Source: Croceivirga sp.
GTDB taxonomy: Bacteria > Bacteroidota > Bacteroidia > Flavobacteriales > Flavobacteriaceae
Length of the DNA stretch: 64,000 bases
Assembly (NCBI GenBank): GCA_028284935.1
Contig: JANQQQ010000016.1
Span: 86,730-150,729, forward strand
Direction: 5' to 3'
The notes below the pieces were generated by a model, which had not been told where the DNA came from, searched no databases, and saw only the letters and a list, made by a program, of their open reading frames with translations. The position numbers were made by a program, and so were the translations under genes. Positions 58,303 to 64,000 of this stretch are shown in pieces. The stretch's first letter is position 1. Each line of letters starts with the position of its first letter.

Positions 58303-59448
58303 TTAGATTTTGTTCAAGATTTCAGCGGCCTTGTCCAAAGTATCCTCTGTTTTTGCAAAGCAGAAACGTAGTTGTCGGTGGTCTTCGTGGTTCAAATTAA
58401 AAACGGAAATAGGGATACTGGCGATTTTATGTTCCTGAATGAGTCTTTTAGAGAAATCAATATCGCTTTCATCTGTAATGGTTGCGTATTCCAAAATCTG
58501 AAAATAGGTGCCTTTTGAAGGGTTGAAGGTGAACCTCGAAGTCCCAATTCCCTTCAAAAAATAATCACGTTTTTCTTGATAAAATTTTCCAAGGCTCCGA
58601 TAGTGGCTTTCGTCCTTTAAATAGGTGCCTACGGCCCTTTGCATTGGATGGTTCACACTAAAGACATTGTATTGGTGCACGCGCTGAAACTCTTTCATAA
58701 GTTCTTTTGGGCCAATAACGTATCCAAGCTTCCAACCGGTCACATGAAAGGTCTTTCCAAAGGAAGCACAGATTAAACTCCGTGAGGCAAGATTTGGATA
58801 TTTGGCCGCACTCTCATGTGATGAATTGTCAAAAACAATATGTTCATACACTTCATCGCTCAAGAGAATAATGTTTGTTCCTTGCAATAGATTTTCGAGT
58901 TGAAGCATATCCTCCTTGGAAAGCAAGGTGCCACTAGGGTTATGAGGTGAGTTGATAATGACCATTTTAGTGGCGGCATTGACTTTACTTTGAACAGCTT
59001 TCCAGTCAATTTTAAAATCTGTTGTAGAAAGTTGTACTGGAATCACTTTGCCACCATAGAGTTCTATAGCAGGTTCGTAGCAATCATAGGCCGGTTTAAA
59101 AACAATAACCTCATCATCCGGTCGTATAAAGGCTGAGATAGCTGTAAATATGGCCTGTGTGGCCCCAGCAGTTATGGTAATTTCCCTTTCAGGGTCGTAG
59201 GCCTTACCATAAAGGGATTGCATTTTGTCCGTAATCAACTCACGCAAGGGATAAATGCCCTGCATGGGCGCATATTGATTGTGCCCTTCATGTAGTGCCC
59301 TATTGACCAGTTCCAACAGTTTTGGGTCAGCACCAAAATTGGGAAATCCCTGTGAAAGATTGACAGCGTTATGTTGAGCTGCCATTTGACCCATAATAGC
59401 GAAGATGGTTGTGCCTACATTTGGCAATTTTGAGCTGTGATCAATCAT
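58303..59448 (-). CDS. Methionine aminotransferase (class I/II PLP, YbdL-like)
   Basis: VNLSQGFP, NSPHNPSG, SDEVY and SFGKTFHVTGWKLG motifs. Confidence 0.9.
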   Translation of the reverse strand: MIDHSSKLPNVGTTIFAIMGQMAAQHNAVNLSQGFPNFGADPKLLELVNRALHEGHNQYAPMQGIYPLRELITDKMQSLYGKAYDPEREITITAGATQAIFTAISAFIRPDDEVIVFKPAYDCYEPAIELYGGKVIPVQLSTTDFKIDWKAVQSKVNAATKMVIINSPHNPSGTLLSKEDMLQLENLLQGTNIILLSDEVYEHIVFDNSSHESAAKYPNLASRSLICASFGKTFHVTGWKLGYVIGPKELMKEFQRVHQYNVFSVNHPMQRAVGTYLKDESHYRSLGKFYQEKRDYFLKGIGTSRFTFNPSKGTYFQILEYATITDESDIDFSKRLIQEHKIASIPISVFNLNHEDHRQLRFCFAKTEDTLDKAAEILNKI

Positions 59449-59911
59449 AATGCTGTAAATGGTTTAGCACTTTAGCTAAACAGGTTTCAAGGTTTTTGTC
59501 CACCTCTTTTTGCCAGAATCGAAAAACCGTATACCCCAGTCGTTTTAACTCCTGGTTCACTTCGGTGTCACGTTGAATATTACGTTCAATTTTTGGAATC
59601 CAAAAATCCCGGTTACTCTTTATTTTTTCCTTTCGTTCCTCCCATTGGTACCCATGCCAAAATTCACCATCAATGAAAATCGCCGTCTTATACTTTCTCA
59701 AGGCAATATCCGGCTTTCCAATCAATTTTTTATAATCCACTCGGTAGCGGTATCCAGCTGCCCACAGTGCTTTGCGAAACGCCAATTCCGGTTTGGTGTT
59801 TTTGCCCCGAATTTTAGACATGATTTTGGAGCGCTTAGGGGTAGTATAAAACCCAGATTCTTCATTGAACCTTGGAACTATGATACGCTCTTTTGAATAC
59901 TCCTTAGGCAT
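59441..59911 (-). CDS. vsr: Very short patch repair endonuclease
   Basis: RSKIMSKIRGKNTKPE, GKPDI, FIDGEFWHG and KIERNIQRD motifs. Confidence 0.92.
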   Translation of the reverse strand: MPKEYSKERIIVPRFNEESGFYTTPKRSKIMSKIRGKNTKPELAFRKALWAAGYRYRVDYKKLIGKPDIALRKYKTAIFIDGEFWHGYQWEERKEKIKSNRDFWIPKIERNIQRDTEVNQELKRLGYTVFRFWQKEVDKNLETCLAKVLNHLQHYD

Positions 59912-59920
59912 ATGTGAATA

Positions 59921-59954
59921 TAAAAAATCCCAAACTCATTGGAATTTGGGATTT
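59921..59954 (-). terminator. Intrinsic terminator of the sdh operon
   Basis: AAATCCCAAA / TTTGGGATTT, 10-bp stem with a T-run on the minus strand. Confidence 0.8.
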
Positions 59955-59975
59955 GATATGTTGAGTTTTTAAAAG

Positions 59976-60722
59976 TTACCCTTTTACACTGGCAGCTAGA
60001 TATTCCCGGTTCATTCGAGCAATATTTTCAAGGGAAATCCCTTTAGGGCATTCCACCTCACAAGCCCCAGTGTTGGTACAATTTCCGAAACCTTCCAAAT
60101 CCATTTGCCGCACCATGTTCATTACACGGTCCGCTGCCTCCACTTGGCCTTGGGGTAATAATGCAAATTGGGAAACCTTTGCTGAAGTAAACAACATGGC
60201 ACTGGCATTTTTGCATGCAGCTACACAGGCCCCACAACCAATGCAGGTAGCGGCATTGAAGGAAGCATCGGCAGCATCTTTTTCAATCGGGATGGCATTA
60301 GCATCAACGGGTCGCCCAGAAGTGTTTACGGAGATGTATCCCCCGGCTTGTTGAATACGGTCAAACGCCGTTCTATCCACAATCAAATCTTTGATAACAG
60401 GGAAGGCTTTGGCCCTCCAAGGTTCTATGACTATGGTGTCCCCATCATCAAAACTACGCATGTGCAGCTGGCATACCGTAATTCTGGAATCGGGACCATG
60501 GGGTCGACCATTGATCATTAAGGAACATGTACCGCAAATCCCTTCACGGCAGTCATGATCAAATTCAACGGGCTCCTCGCCTTTTGCAATCAATTCTTCA
60601 TTTAGGACGTCCAACATTTCCAGGAAAGACATATCACTTTCCACACCATCGAGGGTATAGTCCACCATTCCGCCTTTGTCGTTGGCATTTTTCTGTCTCC
60701 AAATCTTAAGATATATTTTCAT
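59976..60722 (-). CDS. sdhB: Succinate dehydrogenase / fumarate reductase Fe-S subunit
   Basis: [20 protein letters not shown] and [13 protein letters not shown] motifs. Confidence 0.95.
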   Translation of the reverse strand: MKIYLKIWRQKNANDKGGMVDYTLDGVESDMSFLEMLDVLNEELIAKGEEPVEFDHDCREGICGTCSLMINGRPHGPDSRITVCQLHMRSFDDGDTIVIEPWRAKAFPVIKDLIVDRTAFDRIQQAGGYISVNTSGRPVDANAIPIEKDAADASFNAATCIGCGACVAACKNASAMLFTSAKVSQFALLPQGQVEAADRVMNMVRQMDLEGFGNCTNTGACEVECPKGISLENIARMNREYLAASVKG

Positions 60723-60729
60723 AGCAATC

Positions 60730-62733
60730 TTATTTGTAAGAACGTGTTTTTACTTTAATGTTTTCATAGGTCAACTCTTCCTTATGCAGTTTTGCTTTAC
60801 TGGGTTCTCCATTGTATTCCCAAGCCGCTACATATTTAAAGTTATCATCATCTCGCAAAGCTTCGCCTTCCGGGGTTTGATATTCCTCCCTAAAGTGACC
60901 TCCACACGATTCATTTCGCTGAAGTGCGTCCATGGCAAAAAGTTCGCCGAGTTCCAAGAAATCCGCAACACGTCCCGCTTTTTCCAACTCTTGGTTCTTG
61001 CCATCGGCAACACCGGTCACTTTCACATTTTCCCAGAAATCCTTGCGTAATTCGGCAATTTCCTTAATAGCGGATTTTAAATCTTTTCCATTACGGGCCA
61101 TACCGCATTTGTTCCACATGATCTTGCCCAATTTCTTGTGGTAGTAGTCAACGGAATGTAGACCATTGGCGGACATCAATTTGTGGATTCTATCGCGGAC
61201 ATTTTGCTCTGCCTCATCAAACTCAGGGGTATCTGAGGAAATAGGGCCGGTCCTGATATCATCACTCAAATAATCTCCAATAGTGTAGGGCAATACGAAG
61301 TATCCATCAGCTAGGCCTTGCATTAAGGCCGATGCCCCAAGACGATTGGCACCGTGGTCACTAAAGTTGGCTTCTCCACCTGCATAACATCCCGGAATGG
61401 TAGTCATCAAATTGTAGTCTACCCATAGTCCCCCCATGGTGTAATGTACCGCGGGATAAATCATCATTGGAGTCTTATATGGATTTTGGTCAACGATTTT
61501 TTCGTACATCTGAAAAAGGTTTCCGTATTTCGCCTCGACCACTTCTTCCCCCAATTTGCGTACCGTAACGTCATCGGGATTTTTCATACCAGAGGTCAAC
61601 GCCTTTTCTCGACCGTACCGCATGATTGCAGCATCGAAATCCAAATAAACGGCTTCCCCAGTCTTGTTTACACCATATCCAGCATCACAACGTTCCTTAG
61701 CCGCTCTTGAGGCGACGTCCCTGGGAACCAAATTCCCAAATGCTGGATAGCGACGTTCCAAGTAATAATCCCTGTCTTGTTCAGCTATTTCCGTGGGTTT
61801 CAGTTGACCTGCCCGAATAGCTTCAGCATCCTCTTTTTTGGCGGGTACCCAGATACGGCCGTCATTACGAAGGGATTCCGACATCAAAGTCAGTTTGGAC
61901 TGGTGATCTCCGGAAACAGGAATACAGGTCGGGTGAATTTGTGTAAAGCAGGGATTTGCAAAATGTGCCCCTTTCTTATGGGCCTTCCATGCCGCCATAA
62001 CATTGGCTCCCATACAATAAGTAGAAAGGAAGAAAAGGTTGCCGTATCCCCCTGTTGCCAAGACTACAGCGTGGGCGGCATGCCGCTCAATTTCTCCGGA
62101 TACCAGGTTTCTCGCAATGATACCTCTAGCCTTTCCATCCACCAATACCAAATCCAACATTTCATGACGGGTATAGGATTTGATCTTACCCCTTTGGATC
62201 TGACGGTTCATTGCTGCGTAAGCGCCTAACAATAATTGTTGACCTGTCTGCCCTTTTGCGTAGAACGTCCTTGATACGAGCACCCCTCCAAAGGACCGGT
62301 TGTCCAATAGCCCTCCATACTCACGTGCAAAAGGAACGCCTTGTGCTACGCACTGGTCAATGATGTTTGTGGACACTTCAGCCAGTCGATAAACGTTGGC
62401 CTCACGTGAACGGTAATCCCCTCCCTTTACGGTATCATAGAAAAGGCGGTAGACACTATCGCCATCACCTTGGTAGTTTTTTGCGGCATTTACGCCACCT
62501 TGGGCGGCGATGGAGTGGGCTCGCCTTGGGGAATCTTGATAGCAAAAAGTCTTTACGTTATATCCCAGTTCAGCCAAGGTTGCCGCAGCAGAACCTCCTG
62601 CCAAGCCAGTACCTACAACAATAATGTCAATGTTACGTTTATTCGCAGGATTAACAAGGTCAATTTCGTTTTTATGTTTGGTCCATTTATCGGCCAATGG
62701 GCCTGATGGAACTTTAGCATCCAATACTGCCAT
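60730..62733 (-). CDS. sdhA: Succinate dehydrogenase / fumarate reductase flavoprotein
   Basis: [27 protein letters not shown] and RLGASAL motifs. Confidence 0.95.
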   Translation of the reverse strand: MAVLDAKVPSGPLADKWTKHKNEIDLVNPANKRNIDIIVVGTGLAGGSAAATLAELGYNVKTFCYQDSPRRAHSIAAQGGVNAAKNYQGDGDSVYRLFYDTVKGGDYRSREANVYRLAEVSTNIIDQCVAQGVPFAREYGGLLDNRSFGGVLVSRTFYAKGQTGQQLLLGAYAAMNRQIQRGKIKSYTRHEMLDLVLVDGKARGIIARNLVSGEIERHAAHAVVLATGGYGNLFFLSTYCMGANVMAAWKAHKKGAHFANPCFTQIHPTCIPVSGDHQSKLTLMSESLRNDGRIWVPAKKEDAEAIRAGQLKPTEIAEQDRDYYLERRYPAFGNLVPRDVASRAAKERCDAGYGVNKTGEAVYLDFDAAIMRYGREKALTSGMKNPDDVTVRKLGEEVVEAKYGNLFQMYEKIVDQNPYKTPMMIYPAVHYTMGGLWVDYNLMTTIPGCYAGGEANFSDHGANRLGASALMQGLADGYFVLPYTIGDYLSDDIRTGPISSDTPEFDEAEQNVRDRIHKLMSANGLHSVDYYHKKLGKIMWNKCGMARNGKDLKSAIKEIAELRKDFWENVKVTGVADGKNQELEKAGRVADFLELGELFAMDALQRNESCGGHFREEYQTPEGEALRDDDNFKYVAAWEYNGEPSKAKLHKEELTYENIKVKTRSYK

Positions 62734-62735
62734 AA

Positions 62736-63404
62736 TTAATGTGTTATTGGGTTAAGGTGATGGTAGATGGCTATAAAAGCAAAGGCCAAAGGCACTACCA
62801 CTGCAAATGCTTTTGCAAATTTTTTGATGCCTGGAGTGTATTTGTTGTTTACCCCCATGGATTGAAAAGAGGAGGCGAAACCGTGCCATAAATGAAGGCT
62901 GAGCAACACAAAGGAAACTACATAGATGACGGTTCTCCAGAAGGGAGCAAATTTTTCTACCGTTTCGGCATAGTATCGTGTTGGGTCTTCTGGGTTGGCT
63001 TCTACATACTTGTAGGCCATTTCATGCACCCAAAAATCATAAAAATGCAATCCCAAAAAGGCCAATACCACCAATCCACTGATAATCATGTTTCTTGAAA
63101 CCCAGGAAGCGTTGGCACCTCCTTGGTACTTAATGTAGCCTACCCCTCTTGCGTTTCTATTTTGGATTTCCAAAACAAACCCCATAACAAAATGTACAAT
63201 GACGCCTATAATCAAAATGGGCTGCATGGCAAATTGTACGATAGGATTATATCCCATAAAGTGTGAAGCTTCGTTGAAGAAGTCAGGCGAGATGACCGAG
63301 GCAAGGTTGATGGTCACATGAAGTACTAAAAAAATGACCAAAAAAAGACCCGAAAGTGCCATGACATATTTCCGGGCCAGCGACGATTTTATAAGTCCGC
63401 TCAT
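62736..63404 (-). CDS. sdhC: Succinate dehydrogenase cytochrome b subunit
   Basis: Five TM segments with His ligands, first gene of the operon. A -7 element TAAATTTG lies at 63421-63428. Confidence 0.9.
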   Translation of the reverse strand: MSGLIKSSLARKYVMALSGLFLVIFLVLHVTINLASVISPDFFNEASHFMGYNPIVQFAMQPILIIGVIVHFVMGFVLEIQNRNARGVGYIKYQGGANASWVSRNMIISGLVVLAFLGLHFYDFWVHEMAYKYVEANPEDPTRYYAETVEKFAPFWRTVIYVVSFVLLSLHLWHGFASSFQSMGVNNKYTPGIKKFAKAFAVVVPLAFAFIAIYHHLNPITH

Positions 63405-63653
63405 TCGTTTGAGTTTTGTACAAATTTAAAGCACGGTCTAGTTTTTAACAAGTTTTCAACGGCCCACCCAGCCTTATTTAGAAGCGTTATAAGCAAGTTT
63501 CGAAAACGTTTGATTTCAACCTTAAAAATCACAGGTTTTTTCGCCAAATGCTTAGACAAACCTCTTATTAAAATAGCAATTACCATTTGAATCCTTCCTT
63601 AACTCTTTTTTTTGACCGATATTGAAGCCTAACTTAATTGGGAGTACCCACGA

Positions 63654-64000
63654 ATGAACATTGCCATTCTATCTGTTAGCCTCAACGTGCATTCTACAAG
63701 AAGAATAGTCCAAGAAGCACAAGAACTTGGTCATTATGTGGAACTTATTGACCATACCAAATGTTCGGTAAAACTAGGGGAAGGCAACCCCAAAATATTT
63801 ATTGGAGAAGAAGACATCACCAATGAGTTTGATGCAGTAATACCAAGAATTGGGTCTAAGGTTACCAGGCACGGTTCTGCCATAGTAAAGCAGTTTGAGA
63901 TGAATGGGATATTTAGCACCGCCCGCTCATTGGGTATTACAAGGGCCCGTAACAAAGTACGCACCCTCCAGATTATGGCACGGAAAGGCATACCCATACC
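63654..64000 (+). CDS. rimK: RimK-family alpha-L-glutamate ligase (3'-truncated by the window edge; not in the ORF track)
   Basis: Hand translation: MNIAILSVSLNVHSTRRIVQEAQELGH...DAVIPRIG...ARNKVRTLQIMARKGIPI. Confidence 0.85.
   Translation, partial: MNIAILSVSLNVHSTRRIVQEAQELGHYVELIDHTKCSVKLGEGNPKIFIGEEDITNEFDAVIPRIGSKVTRHGSAIVKQFEMNGIFSTARSLGITRARNKVRTLQIMARKGIPI

Noticed and set aside
653-63997. Numerous short antisense or nested ORFs in the track
   Set aside because: They are shadow frames of well-supported genes, with no motifs or independent expression signals.
1-64000. CRISPR array, tRNA, rRNA or recognisable riboswitch
   Set aside because: I saw no regularly spaced repeats, cloverleaf or known aptamer consensus. 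tRNAscan-SE and Rfam scans would be needed to exclude them formally.

Overview
Chromosomal window from a Bacteroidota genome, most likely a marine Flavobacteriaceae. This is inferred from sprE, gldH, the atpZ-BEFHAG operon lacking atpDC, the three-subunit sdhCAB and TAnnTTTG -7 promoter elements. The backbone is housekeeping: ATP synthase, dut, envC-like, dprA, trpS, plsC, recA, trhO, ricT, gldH, PBP1A, scoAB, sdhCAB and a partial rimK. I see no tRNA, rRNA, CRISPR array, integrase or transposase. The most notable accessory features are: (1) a 4.8-kb integrase-free cassette bounded by a ~50-bp direct repeat that duplicates the 5' end of sprE; it carries a beta-propeller sensor fused directly to an AraC domain (no kinase or receiver), a 21-bp-spaced tandem operator and three uncharacterised envelope proteins; (2) a lipoprotein / ECF sigma / dual-membrane-spanning anti-sigma-like triad with a structured 3' region; (3) a compact arsenosugar (arsS/arsM) cluster; (4) an orphan CI/Cro-like divergent pair whose S24 domain lacks its catalytic Ser; (5) a 37-aa ORF with its own promoter and terminator, absent from the ORF track; (6) a second small insertion bounded by a duplicated start codon region. 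Product calls come from motif and architecture recognition only; no database search was run.
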